Assembly (NCBI RefSeq): GCF_009834535.1
Contig: NC_045696.1
Coordinates: 44,394,001 to 44,458,000 of the forward strand
DNA from: Camelus ferus
Taxonomy: Eukaryota
DNA length: 64,000 nt
Reading direction: 5' to 3'
The translations under genes and the position numbers were made by a program. This document shows, piece after piece, positions 1-13,184 of this stretch. The notes under the pieces were generated by a model that ran no database searches, was not told the DNA's origin, and was given only the letters and a program-made list of their open reading frames with translations. The stretch's first letter is position 1, and the number at the start of each line of letters is the position of its first letter.

Positions 1-510
1 GTTCATAAGCAGAAAAAGTTCCAAAAAATTATATACACGTATTTCACCCAAAAGGAGGTAGAGAACTCTTCCTACCCTAAATGTGGGCTACACGTGGAGA
101 CTTCCTTCCTAAGAGTGAAAAACGAGGGAAAGTAACTATATCCAGTTGACCAAAGTTAAAATTAATAGAAAGAAGTCATGTAGATTGTATAGGATGTGAT
201 GAGAATGGCATTTTAAGTTTGTGATTTTTCTCCCCAAAACACAGAACCCCACTATAATCATAAGGGGAAAAAATAAGACAAATCCCAATTGAGGGACATT
301 TTGCAAAACAATTCTTGAGCACTGCTCACAAACAAGATTATCAAAAACAAGAGAAGTCTGATAAAATGGCATAGCTGAAAGAGACCTAAGGAGACAAGAT
401 AATTAAATGTAATATGGTACCCAGGAAGGGATCCTGGAACAGAGAAAAGACAAAGGGTTACAACAAGGGAGTGTGGTATTTAGCTCATAATAATGTATCA
501 ATATTGAAAA
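1..510 (+). mobile_element. Ancient L1 3' UTR fragment (L1MC/L1MD-like), truncated by window edge
   Basis: Contains AAATCCCAATTGAGGGACATT...TCAAAAACAAGAGAAGTCTG...GGAGACAAGATAATTAAATGTAATATGG...GGGATCCTGGAACAGAGAAAAG, resembling recalled L1MC/MD 3' UTR consensus; ends in an A-run near 507-515. Confidence 0.7.
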
Positions 511-1650
511 AAAAATACTCAGAAGAATCTTTTCTTGTTAACCTTGAACTTTCTCATTCTCTTTTTCTAGAGTTCTCTATCTTCTCTGTCTTTGTCTCTC
601 TTACACATGCACAAATACACACAAACACAAAGAGCATACACACACTAGTGACTCACATAATACCCTGAAACTGACACACTGTGGCACTGGAACTGTCTGT
701 TTACCTTCAGTAACTCCATACTTAGATAACTTCAAAGAAAACACAACCAAGAAGAGCACTGTGTTTATCTAACATCTTATGCCATGAAAAAGATCACCTC
801 TAAACCACTGCAATTCCAAATGTTTGAATCCTAACTAAAAGACTCAAAATGATCAAAGTTGTTTTCATTTTTTCCATATATTGTATTTTTACGAGTCTTT
901 TTAAGTGATTGAGACTCTGTATGATTTTTAAAAATATGTACAGCATTCAGAAATAAATGTCCTGATAGTCTCACCCTTCACAGAAGTACATTTGAATATT
1001 TACTACACTATTCTTTCCAAATCTGTCCATCCCCTTAGAAGATGACTATTTACACATAACTATATCATCTTAATGCATGGAAGAAAGGTTACTAGAAAAA
1101 ACATTAAAGACACCATATCTTTGGTGTCTTCAACCAAAAAGTTTAGGCCAACAATCCAGCTAGTGGATAATGAGCATAGCCTAAGCCTCCAGTTTCTGCA
1201 GAAGCTTAATTCTTTGAGACTTGTCTGTTATTATCTAATGTGTTCACTTCAGAAGAACTCAGTGCAATGGACAGAGTAAGCAGGTCGAGACCATGTGTTT
1301 GTATTGAAGCTCAGCTAATGTGAGTTGCAAAACTATCGATTGTAGCTTTGAGAGGCTAGTAAATTCAGTATGTCACTACTAAGGAAGAAACACAACTGAG
1401 GTTGTATAAAATTAAGCTCTGGCTCAAATTTTCTAAAAACTAGGCTAAAATATTATCTATCAAATTGTGGCACCATTTAATTTGGTGCTGAGCCTCCATT
1501 ACAGTAGAGCAAATGAAACTCACAATAGTTTAATATATCTAAATTCTATTCAAGTGACCCAGAAAAATTAAATAATTCAATTAATTGCTCAATAATACAA
1601 GAGGCATCCTACAAATCTGTCATTAGCTAAGGATTTTTAAGACCAAATTA

Positions 1651-1652
<2 letters not shown>

Positions 1653-1690
<38 letters not shown>

Positions 1691-1752
1691 TATGTATGTG
1701 TGTGTGTGAGAGAGAGAGAGCAGGAAAGAGAGAGAGAGGAAGAGAGAGAGAG
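1653..1752. repeat. Compound microsatellite (AC)18 / (TG)n / (GA)n
   Basis: Direct reading: (AC)18 at 1653-1688, TG-rich 1689-1708, GA-rich to about 1752. Confidence 0.97.
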
Positions 1753-2539
1753 AAGCAGAAACAGAGCTGTAATATTAAAACACTATCTCAAGAGATCTAT
1801 TTCTCAAATTTAAACTCAGAATTCAGAAATTATTTTTCAAATAATATCTCTCATGCATTTATGACCCCATTTATTTTTACTATTAAAAGAAAGAACTCAG
1901 ATTTGGTAAAATTGGCAAATGCAAAGACGAGCCAGGGTAATAGATTATCTTTGATACTTGGTGCCTTTTTAATTGATAAACTCTAAGTGTATTTCGTAAT
2001 CAGAGGTATGCAAGGATAATGTCACTGTCTTAAAAATTATGTGAAAAGGTGTTTATTATCATATTTTTCATACCAAAAACGTTCTTGGTTAAATTAGAAG
2101 GTATTTAAAATTTTTGCTTCAGTTTCCTGATATGCTGAGAGCCAACTTGACAGATCTGGCCATTGGTGGTTGATTAGAGGATGAGATGATTATTCTTCAC
2201 TTTTCATTATTTAATCTATCTAAATATTAAGAACAAAGTTACTTATTACTTTATATTTGTCTACTAACACAGATAAACAAAACAGAAGAGTACATTGAAA
2301 AAGCCATGATGCAAATGAAAAATTGAAATTCCTTAAAAAACCACTAGCAATGCAATTATAGCTGCCTATTATTAAAAATGAAATTGAGTCATCTATATTA
2401 TGGCAAAATTATTATAAATTGCTATGAATGCCAATTTTCTCTTTCTTTATCGATTTTAGTTTGGAAAAGTCCAATTTTTTAGATTGTATTAATTAAACAT
2501 TGATGTAGTAATTCTGATGAGTCAGATCTGGCTCCTGTC

Positions 2540-2720
2540 TCTCAGCACTATATATAGCTCTGTGAAGTAGAGATTATTAGCCATTTTTTACATTTAAGCA
2601 AACTGGGTCTCAGAGCTCAGGTAATTCATCCCAACATGTACAGACAGAAGTGATGAAGCCAGGATTCCCGTCCAACTACTCTGGGTCCAGATTTGTGTTC
2701 TTATCTAATCTTTTCCAGCT
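2540..2720 (-). mobile_element. MIR SINE fragment
   Basis: ATTATTAGCCATTTTTTACATTTAAGCAAACTGGGTCTCAGAG...GAAGCCAGGATTC matches the MIR core pattern. Confidence 0.65.
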
Positions 2721-3312
2721 TTTAAGATCTATCAATTATACTACAACAAGGCATCTCTTAACTCTTATGTCACACTGCTTCAATTCACCTAGACCCTTAC
2801 TGATGTTGTAATAAAATACAATCATTTTGTCAAAGCGGGTTATTTTTCCATGTTAAAATAGGTAACAACTATATGGGAAAATACGTAAGAATGCATTCTT
2901 CAGTATAAATACTTACTTTTAAAAATATAAAATACAGAAGTTATTTAAAAATCGTAACAAAGACCATTCCTGTTACACGGAACATACGAAGTTGTGTTTG
3001 AGCTGAAAACATTTCAAAATGCCTATTATATTATCATTCTTTTCTTGTGATTTCAAGCTCAAAAAGTGTCCATTTGTAATAATGTTAGCGCCAACATAAA
3101 GTAATTGTATTTGGCTAAATGAATCCTTGCTGTCACCTGCAGAATTATGATGTCATTTTAAATTTTGCTTTGGGGCATACAGTCAGGATTACACCATAGG
3201 CTCAATGGGCAATTGTTATTACAAGAAAAACCAGTGAACAACTAATTACGTCTACGTATCTAGAATAATTATTTTAGCAAGTAAATACATTTGTAAAGCA
3301 AAAATGACAAAC

Positions 3313-3459
3313 CTCCCTCCTCCATCGTATTCCATCTACTTGGTATAGCGAGACAAAGATAATCTTTCTTTTGTAAACGATTTTGATTTTGTCTCAACAA
3401 AGACAGTGAGTGACGGAAATTTTCCAATAACTTATTTTTCTATTTCCTTTCACTTTGAC
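3313..3459 (-). other. Candidate spliced exon (147 nt): either a 5' UTR/start-codon exon or a disabled coding exon; host gene not identified
   Basis: Minus strand reads tttttgaatag|GTCAAAG...GGAGGAGGGAG|gtttgt in non-repetitive sequence with several retained CpGs. Length is a multiple of 3. One frame reads QSERK*KNKLLENFRHSLSLLRQNQNRLQKKDYLCLAIPSRWNTMEEG. Confidence 0.4.
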
Positions 3460-4149
3460 CTATTCAAAAATTAATTGCAGTGATATTAATCAGTACTATT
3501 ATGTAAATATTCAGGATATATATGCTGCATTTGTAAATACCAAACTGATAAAATCATAATAACATCACCGAAAGGTGATATTAAGAATATGCATTTCACC
3601 TTTTCATAAATTACCATTTAAAAATGTATTTTCATGATCAAAATTTCTGAAAATGTGACATCTGTTCCCCTGAGTGAAATAATATCTTTATAGGATTCAA
3701 AAAATTATTTATTATTGTAGATCATTACTTCCTTTTTCTAACAACTTGACAGACTCTTAGCAAAATATTTGGTTATAACACCTGATAAAAAAAAGTTAAC
3801 TGACACTCTAGTTCCTAATATCTTCTTTGTAGAATGTGGTTGTAGAAAGAGGTTATTTTAGAAGGCTGGGGAAAAAAAGAAATAGGTTTGGGCATATTAT
3901 TATATTTGATAAATAGATGAAAAAAATCCAGAAGAGATGGGAGATAGATCATTGGGAATCATAGGGATAGTGGAGATTGAATGAATGAAAGGTCTTTCTA
4001 CTTATGAGTTTGCAGAAAGACTCTTATGTGGGTTGAATTTTATGGGGATCCACACTGCTGTGCCTGTCGTCTTATAGAGTTAGTGTCCCAGTAAAGATTT
4101 TTTCTTTTACCTCTTCCAACACAATCAAAATTAACTCTTAAAGAAGATC

Positions 4150-4403
4150 CAGTTGGGGTTGGAGGTGGGGAAGGATGAATAGGTAGAACACAGAGGATCT
4201 TTAGGACAATGAAAATACTCTGAATGTTACGATAATAATGGAAACAGGTCATTATACATCTGTCCAAATCCACAGAATGTACAACACTGAAAGTGAACCC
4301 TAAGGGAAGTCTCTGTACCTTTCCCTCCACTTTGCTATGAATGTTAAAGTGCTTTTAAAAAAATAAAGTCACAATATTATTAAAGGTAAAAAAAAAAAAA
4401 AAA
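4150..4403 (+). mobile_element. L1MC-like 3' end with internal deletion and poly(A) tail
   Basis: GGATGAATAGGTAGAACACAGAGGAT...CATTATACATCTGTCCAAATCCACAGAATGTACAACACTGAAAGTGAACCCTAA joined directly to GGGAAGTCTCTGTACCTT...AATAAAGTC, then an A-run. Confidence 0.8.
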
Positions 4404-6640
4404 GACTTAATCTACTCAGAAGTCTTCCAAATGGAAATAAACAATGTAAGACAGTTTTTGTGTTCACTCCAATGTGTAAGATTCAATTAATTCTGGAAAG
4501 GTCATCAGAAGTAAGTAGGTTCTATTGAAGTGACACCAATAAGTTAAGTGTTTCTACCTGACTACTTTTTTTTCCTATCGTGACAACTTTGAAACCTAAA
4601 ATCATTACTCTTGAGACAACTGAAGTAGAAAAATTTCTCACAAATGTTCTTTATACTTCTTTACACTTCACAGCATCCCCTTTGCCACATATTTCCTATA
4701 ACTTTTGAAACTGAACAATAACTATTTCCTGGAAGCCGCAGAAATCAAGGAAGTCCATGCTAAATATTCCAAACAAATAGAGAGTGGAAATGTTTACTCT
4801 TTGTTTTATTCTTTGTACTGTAATATAATGATGATATTGGAAAGTAAACAATAGGACTTTTCTTTCAAAAGCTTCTTTCTTTACTTCAATTTTTCAAACT
4901 CCACAGATTTTTTAAAATGTCCTCATTATAAATACCAAAAATAGCAGCCAGGTTGTTCTTAAGCAGATGCTCAGTTTAAAAAACTGCGTAAAATGATTTT
5001 CCTTTAAACTTCTGACCTGGTGAAGGAAGTAGGGACTCTACCTAACAAGAGTTTACTCTTCCGTCATCTTAGATGAGAGGGCATTGGGAACAGGAGTAAG
5101 AGCAGGCTTCGTCTCATTTGTCTCTTTCCACGGACACAAGGCCAGAAAGCATGCCTCTAAGTTAAAAAGAGCAGAGTGTTATAAATCATGTTTCCACCTT
5201 TCTGTCCCTTTGGGTTGAAAACAGGGTGGATTGTCTGTCTTGGCAGCTCCCAGAGTAAGTCACAAAAAGATACAGGAAGCCTCGTAAAATCCTTGCTATC
5301 TAAAATGACATTCTTAGCTATTGGACTGAAAGCAACACTATAGAAAGAGGTGAGATTTAATAGCATAGAACTCCAAAAATTTCATGGAAATATTCTTTCT
5401 TGGAAAAGTAAGGGGATAAAACAGGTCTTCACAGATTTTAAGCATACTCCGCAGCAGACCTCAGGCACTCCGGCCACCTCTCCTGCACACTGCTGGTTTC
5501 CAAACTGAACTTGTTCACCAGCCCTAACGGTGGATTCAACAGACTCTATCTCTCAAACAGAATTCCATTTGTTTGGTTTTGTTTCACCAAAAGGCAAATT
5601 GACTTTTACACATGTAAGTAAACTACAAGGACATATAGTTCACAGGAATTCATCAATATTTTCAGGAGATACAGGTTCCTTATATAGCAATTTAATATAA
5701 AATAAAACTTTTTTTTTTTTTGGCTAAATTCTGGGCCTTACCAATATCATAGTCATTTCAGTCTTTGGGGAATTAATGTCTTTATTCTGCATTACAATAA
5801 AAAAGACACACTAAATTATGACTGTTCAAATTTAGAGAAGCAGGAAATAGAGTTAAGATTTCCGAATCAGAATGACTTTCTTAGTGGCCATGCTGGTATA
5901 TGTCAAAATGTAGAAAAGACATAATATAGAGACATGAGTAGGATTAAAATGAATTTTAAAGTAGCTAGAAATAAAGCAGAATAAAATATCTTTACACGAG
6001 TCAGTGATTCAAAATGTAATGCATTAACACTTAATTTTCTCATCTTATCTCATATAAAAATGTTATATATTAAAAGTTTTAATGCCACAATCCTTCATTC
6101 TAGTCCTTATTTTTGGCCATAAATCACATAATATTCTTCCAATAACTTATTCTATCATCCTTTCTCAGATGTCTTGTTCTTCTCTTTTATTTCACAGTTA
6201 TATATCCTTCAAAATCCTTCAAAATTCAGTCAGTTCTTAACCTTGCCTTAGGCCTGCCTCTGGCTAAAATTAGCTCAGCCTCGTCTCACCTCAGATCAGG
6301 TAAATGAAGGCTTTTGGGTAAGGTTTACCATCACCCCTGAGCATGAGCAGAAACTTCATTTGGGCAAAATAGACAATGTTCATGTTTGATTCCTCAAATA
6401 ACGTAATTTAAGTTCAAATTATTTTGGGGGCGTAGTGCAATCCTAGATTCTGAAATTAGTTTGCATTCCTTGCTTTAAAATCATTCATGTTCAAAGCATT
6501 AAACAGTGGTGTAAGAAGGAGCTTTTAAAACTTTGCTTCTGAAGTACCTCTCACCAACCTTCCCAGTTTGTCTGGGATCAGAGGATTTTTCAGCAGTGAC
6601 TTTTAGCAGTAAACCCCAGAAATTTCCAGGCAAACCAGGG

Positions 6641-6642
<2 letters not shown>

Positions 6643-6689
<47 letters not shown>

Positions 6690-6703
6690 TATGTGTATGT
6701 ATG
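6643..6703. repeat. (GT)20 microsatellite with degenerate tail
   Basis: Direct reading. Confidence 0.97.
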
Positions 6704-7058
6704 TTCAGTGGAGGAATATGGCTGGGATATTTTGGGTGGATTTTGGAGGAATATAGCTTGAAGTGGCACAAGGTAAATAAGAATTGTCTTAAAAGTGAAA
6801 AACATTTAAGACCCAAAGTTAGCTTTCAAAGTTATGCAACCTTGCATTTGATACTATATGTGTGATTATTTTAATATAAAATCATAGCTTATCTTTAGTG
6901 ATGAAAATTCTCCCTTTCCATCTCCAGACTTCAGGTAAAAGTGGTTTCACATTTATCACTTGGCTTCAAACATCCTCTTGTCACACTGCCACATACCTTA
7001 GCAGATTTAAAGAATTACCATTTATTTCCCAACTCTAATAGAATATAGACTTCTGAAC

Positions 7059-7583
7059 TGTTGAAACTGATGACAATATTTAAAATCATTTAAAAATCAA
7101 AATGGAGTAACTACGGTTCAGGCATACAAAATGGAGCCGGGGGACCATGTGGATGTGACTTCAGACACATTCCTGCATCAGTAAGTTGAGTAAACTGAAT
7201 ATTCTCTGAACTGTATCAAACTCAAGGATCACTACCAGTCGGTCGTTTTTCAAACAACAGATGCTAGCAGCTGCTAGCCTCAACCTTGTAGTTTTAAAGA
7301 CCTCCCCCCACACCCTTTGAAACTGTGTAATCATTCCAGACCTCAGCTAGTTATTGCTTAACAAGCACCTTTACTTCTTGCCATCTCCAGTCCTAATTTT
7401 TGACAATTTATGTAACCTTGCCCATTTTTTTGCCTTTGTAAGTCTCCCCCATTTTGTAGTTTGGCAGGACACAATTCAAGTACTTCTTGAATTTTTGTCT
7501 CCAAGTCTGCAGTCCTAACAAAACCCAAATAAATGCCTCCTTATTTCAATCAAACCTCTATTTTTGAAATTTTGGTTTAATCA
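7059..7583 (+). mobile_element. Probable solo LTR, ERV1-like
   Basis: TG...CA ends; AAAATGGAGT/AAAATGGAGC motifs near the 5' end typical of ERV1 LTRs; AATAAA near 7528; ending TTTTGGTTTAATCA. No clean TSD seen. Confidence 0.55.
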
Positions 7584-7599
7584 TATATATGTTAGTCTA

Positions 7600-10500
7600 T
7601 GTGATTGTGAATTATAACGCATATGGAAAGTGAATAAAATTTAGATACACAGTTCAAAGGATTATTTTACTTGTGCCACTGTCACCCTGGCCAAGAAACA
7701 GAACATCATCAATAAACCTATCTCATGCCTCCTCACAAACATTACTCCCTTTCTCCCAAAGTAAATCACTATCCTGATTTTAATGATAATCATTTCTGTG
7801 TTTTATTCACGTCTTTAACCACCAAGTGTACATGCCTATAAATTTCCAAGCACTGCTGCTCCATTTCATGTGTCTTTTGAGTTTTTATAAATCATATCAA
7901 ACATTATGTATTTTTTGTGTATATGCCATCTTTTGCTCAATTTTGTTTGTGATATTTGTCACGATGCTAAGTATAGTGTTTCAGTCATTATCACATAGAA
8001 CAAAATTTATGTAATCATTTCAACGATAATGAACTTTTAGATTGCTTCCAATTTGTGGCTGACAGAAAAAGTTCTGCAATTAATATCCTTGTATGTCTCT
8101 AGCCACCCAAGTGTGCATATTACTGTTGTGCTATCCTGAGCAATAAATTGTTGGCTTATAGGTATAAATAAGCTTCACTTCTGGTAGATGATAAAAGTGG
8201 TTATAAAAATTTACACTCCCACCAGCACTGTGTGAGACTCATTGAGTCGTGAATTTTTCCAATTTCTGGTATGGTCAGTCTTAATATTGGCCCTTGTAGA
8301 GGGTGCCTAGTAGTACTTCGTGGTACTTTTAATTTCCATTTTCCTGATTAGTTATTGTGTTGAAAACTTTTTCACATATTCCATTCAGAAATTATCTTTT
8401 CTGAAGTGCTTGTTCAAGTCTCTTGCACATTTCTTTATTAGGTTTTCTATGTATTTTTCCCTGTAATTTGTGGGAGTTCTTTATATCCTCTTTATATGAA
8501 CTTTTTGTTATTTATACATACATGTTTCAAATATCATTTCCCACACTACTGCAGTTTACAAAAAGAAGTTTGAATAAACTAACTTTGCCTATCATTTCCT
8601 TATGGTTAGTTTGTTTTTGTCACCTGATGAGGAAATAACCTTATCCTGAGGACATAAACATGTTTTCCAGTATGACCTGATAGAAGTTATTCAATCGTCA
8701 GTGTACCTGAAATTGATTTTTGTATATGAGATGATGCAGAAGCTACATATCACTTTTTAAAAAATGAATTTTATAATTTTTCCACATTTGTTGAAAAGAC
8801 TACCCTTTCCCCTGTTGATTATACAGCAAGTGTCTAAACTTTACAGGTCTACATCTAAAATCAATACTGTCTTGTGTTCCTGTATTTGTGTAATCTGGAA
8901 CCAGTCTATATTATTGTAACTTTAAAACAAGTCTCGAAATCTGTCTTGAATTCAACAAGCTCTACCTCCTGCTTATTTTCCTTTAAGAATGTCTTGCTTA
9001 CTTTTGGAATTTTTATGTGAATGTTAACATTAGCTTATACAGTTCTACAGAAATGTACACAAACTCACATGCACATTCACATACACAAAGCAATTAGGTT
9101 TGCTTTGAAATTATAGATCAAGTTTAGAATAACTGATCTCTCTATAGGATTGATTTCTCAAATTTATGAATATGGCATATCTCTTCATTTGGTTAGGTTT
9201 TTGTTTCATTATTCTCTATAATGTTATAGTAACATATTAAAATAATTAATTTTCTGTATAAAGACCCTGAATATCTTTGGTTGGGATAATTTATAGGTAT
9301 GTCATAGTTTATGCTTTTAAATGACATATTTACATTTTATTTTCTGTTTGCTGCGGCTCATAGAAATATACTAGTTAATTTTTGTATATTGACTCAATAT
9401 CCAGGAGCTTTGTAAAACTATTAATTCTAATAATGTATCCTTTTATTCTTCTGTATTTTCTACACACACAAACGCATTGTCTAAGTATTCACAGAATTTT
9501 TACCTTTTTAATACCTATAATTTTAACCTCACTGATATGCCCTGATATATAATTACTAATATATTTGGATTTAAATATACTGTGCTATAGTTTCCTTTCC
9601 ATTTGTCCTATCTTTTCTTTATTTCTCTTTCCTTCCTTCCTTGCATTCCTGGGTGATTTCTGTTTCCTGTTAAAGAAATCTTTGCCTAATTTAATATTAT
9701 AAATATTTTCCCTGTTTTTTCTTCTTGAAGTTTAACTCTTACCTTTAAGATTCCATTCTGAGTTAATATTTATTCTTGGGCCATTCTTAATTTCTATCTT
9801 TCCAGAAATGTATGTTTCATATGGGTTTTCAAATTTATTAGCAAAAAGTTGTTCATAATTTTTTTTATCATTTTAAAGTTTGAAGAATCTATAGTGATAT
9901 TCCATCTTTCCTTTCTAATATTAGTAATTTGTGTCTTCTCTCTCTCTCTCTTTTTAATCAACTTGGCTAGAGGTTTATGAATTATACTGATATTTTAAAG
10001 AATCAGAATTTGGTTTCATTGACTTTCCCCCCGTTGTTTTCTGTTTTCTATTTCACTGATTTCTGCTTTTTTTGTTTTTACTTTCATCTGTTCATTTTGG
10101 TTTTCACTTGATATTTTGTTTCTGGTTTCTAAAGGCAGAAGATTAAATCACTGATTTGAGTTTGTTCTTTCTATCAACGGCATTTAAAAGCACTAACTTC
10201 TTTCCAAGCACTGCTTTATCTCTATCCCACAAAGGTTGACACTGTATTTTCATTATTATTCATTTCAAAATATTCTAATTTATAACTGTCTACTTCTGAT
10301 CTTTCCAAATCTAAATTCTAATTTCTTTGTTGACCCTTTATTTAAACATATATGGCTAGTTTCCATATATTTGACATTTTTATTGTCTTCTTATTATTGT
10401 TTCTAGTTAAATTCCACTGTTACAGTCAGTAAACATTTTCTGTATAATTTCAAACTTCAGAAAAGTATTCCAATGAGTTGATGAACATTTGTATCTTGGG

Positions 10501-13176
10501 TAACATAGAATGCACACTTGAAGAGAATGTGTATTCTGTTGTTGTATAGTACATTTTTCAAATATAAATATCAATTAGATCACTAGGGGTGATTACCTGT
10601 TGAGACCGTAGTGTTTTCTGATTTTTTTTTTTTGACTAGTTCTTTCAATTGCTGAGAAAGCAACTATGATTTTGGAATTGTTTCTTCCTCCTCTTAATTC
10701 TGTCGAAATTTGAATCCGTGTATCTTGAAACTTTATTATTGCAATGTACACATTCATTATTTTTATATTTTCTTATTGTATTGAGTTATTGTCATTAAAA
10801 GCTCTCCCTCCTATGCCTGCCAATAAATTATACTTAAAATCTAATTTTTCTGATATTAATATAGTCTCTCCAGCCTTCGTAAGATTACTATTTACATGAT
10901 ATATTTTTCTCCTTCATTTATTTTCAACCTGTGTTTTTATATTTAAAATATACCTCCTGGAGATAACATACAGTTACATCTTATTTTTTTTCCCCAGATT
11001 GTCTCTATCTTTCAATTGAAGTGTTTACTCCAATAAAATTAAATATAATATAGGCCCACCATTTTACTTTTTGTTTTCTACTTGTTTCATATTTTTTCCT
11101 CCTATTTCTCCTTTCCTAACTTTTTACAAGATTACTGAAATATTTTCAGAAATCTATTTTAATTCTAATTTTCCTGTTGCCCTTTTGCCTATTATTTTGT
11201 GCATTATTTTCATAGTGGTTGCCATGTATATACTATATATTATACATATATAATCTTGAACACAGTATAATTACTACATATAAAATTGCAAAATATAAAA
11301 ATGTTTCAACTTACATATCTGTATCTACTCCTTCATTTGTTACAGTTTTTATGTAATACAACTACATGTTATAAATCTCATAAGGCAATGCTATGATTTT
11401 ATTTTTAGCAATTATGTTTTATAGCAAAGTTAGAAGTAAAAGAAAAACAGTCATTCATTTACCATTTCTTCATTCTCTCTAAATATTTAAGTTTCCATCT
11501 GTAATCATTTCCCCTCATCTTGAGAGAACTTCCTTTAGCAGTTCTTACAGATCTGCTAGCTACAAAATTTTACTTTATTTTATCTGAAAAGTTATTTAAT
11601 TTACTTTCATTCTTGAGAGAAATTTTAATCAGGTATAGAATTCTAGGTTAACAGATCTTTTTCATTCAGAACTCTAAAGATATTTTTTCTTTCTTTTTTT
11701 TTTTTTGAGAAGAGAGAAGGTCCTGTTGTTAAGTTGGCCACAAATCGAATCACAGTTCCCCTGCACAGAATGCTTTTTATCTTTTTTTTCCCCTGCTACT
11801 TTTAAGATTTGCTCTTTATCTTTGGCTTTCTAGAGTTTGTGATGTACCTAGGGCATAGGAATTATGAGTTCATTCTGCTTATTTTTCATTTAGTTTAGAA
11901 CTTTCATTTAGTTTAGATACTACAAGCATCTGACTTTTACCAAATTTGAAATATTTTAACCATTATTTCTTTAAATAATTTTTTCTGCCCATTCTCCCTT
12001 TTCTCTCTAGTATTTGAATTATAACATTCATTTAATCATTTGGTGTCACCTAACAGGTTCATGAAGCCCTGTTCATTTTCTTAACATATTTTTTCTATCT
12101 ATTCTCCACCTTGAAAATGTGTAGTGACTCTATTTCTATTTATTTCTTTCTCTCTCATGTCTACTTATTTAAGTCCATCCACTGAATTTTTTATTTGGAC
12201 ATTGAATTTTTTTAGTTCTAAAGTTTCCATTTCATTTATTTTTATTGTTTCTATTTCTCTACTGAATATCTATTCATGCATTGGATATATTTCATGTATT
12301 GGAAACATGTTTTGTTTTATTTCATTGATGATAGTTATAAAAACATCTTTAAAACTTATGTCTCCTAGTTCAAACATTTGGTTCACCTCAAGGCCAGAAA
12401 AAGATTGATTTCCTTTTCTCCTGAAATTGTGTTTCATTTTCTTGGTTTTTCCTATCTCAGATAATTTCGAACTTTATACTGGACATTATCATTGATAAAT
12501 TGTGATGATTCGGGAGTTTGTTTTGCTCCATTGAGTATTTTTGTTTGTTTCGTTTTAGGAGATAATTTTCTTGGCTGAACTTGAACTGAAATAATTTGTT
12601 TAGTGTGTAACAGTTCTGGGTTTTGTTCTGACAGTTTTTTCTTAATTGGGCTTCTTGGAGTCTGTTCTGCACATGCATGTTCTGGGTGTCAGTCAGAGAT
12701 GTGGATAGATAGATTCGGGAATTCTTTTCTCTAGCTCTTTCTCTTCTGCAATTCTCCTTCCGATATTCATGGTTTTCTGGCTTCATTGTTCTAATTCTGC
12801 AGCTGGAAATATGGTAAGGTTTTCCAGGAAATGCCCCTCGAAGTCCACCCCCACCACCATTCTTGTGCATATTGTGAAGACTGCAATTATCCCGTCTAGA
12901 ACTTACAGGGAGGAGAATTTACTGGACAGTCCACGTTTCAGTCCCTCAGAGTGAGTGTGCACTCCCTATCAGAGCCTGCCTGCCTTTGTTCACGTGCCCA
13001 TTGTCCAGGTCAACAGCTCTGGTCTCATTTCAGATTTTTCTCTTTGTTTTACAAGCTTTATTTTGCACGTCATAAACTATACAAGGCGATGCTATAATTT
13101 TAGTTTATTAATACTTACGTGTTTTATAAAAAAAAGATAAGAGAAACAAAGCAAATGTAAATAAACTTTTGCATTT
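7600..13176 (-). mobile_element. Mosaic of ancient antisense L1 fragments (L1ME/L1M 3' UTR, ORF2, ORF1 and 5' region)
   Basis: Long T-rich tract with L1 antisense signatures, e.g. TTTACACTCCCACCAGCA, TTGTTGAAAAGACTACCCTTTCCCC, GGCTAGAGGTTTATGAATT, GAAGAGAATGTGTATTCTGTTGTTG, GGTATAGAATTCTAGGTT. Confidence 0.85.
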
Positions 13177-13184
13177 ACCCAGAT

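Noticed and set aside
6499..6865. Overlapping 71-110 aa ORFs
   Set aside because: Length comes from the (GT)n microsatellite (CV/HT dipeptide runs).
11885..11918. Short direct duplications (also about 6205, 17882, 24251, 58022)
   Set aside because: Ordinary 10-18 bp slippage duplications; no spacer-repeat array, not CRISPR-like.
12457..12870. 137-aa minus-strand ORF
   Set aside because: Lies in decayed L1 5'/ORF1 sequence; no domain and no splice context.
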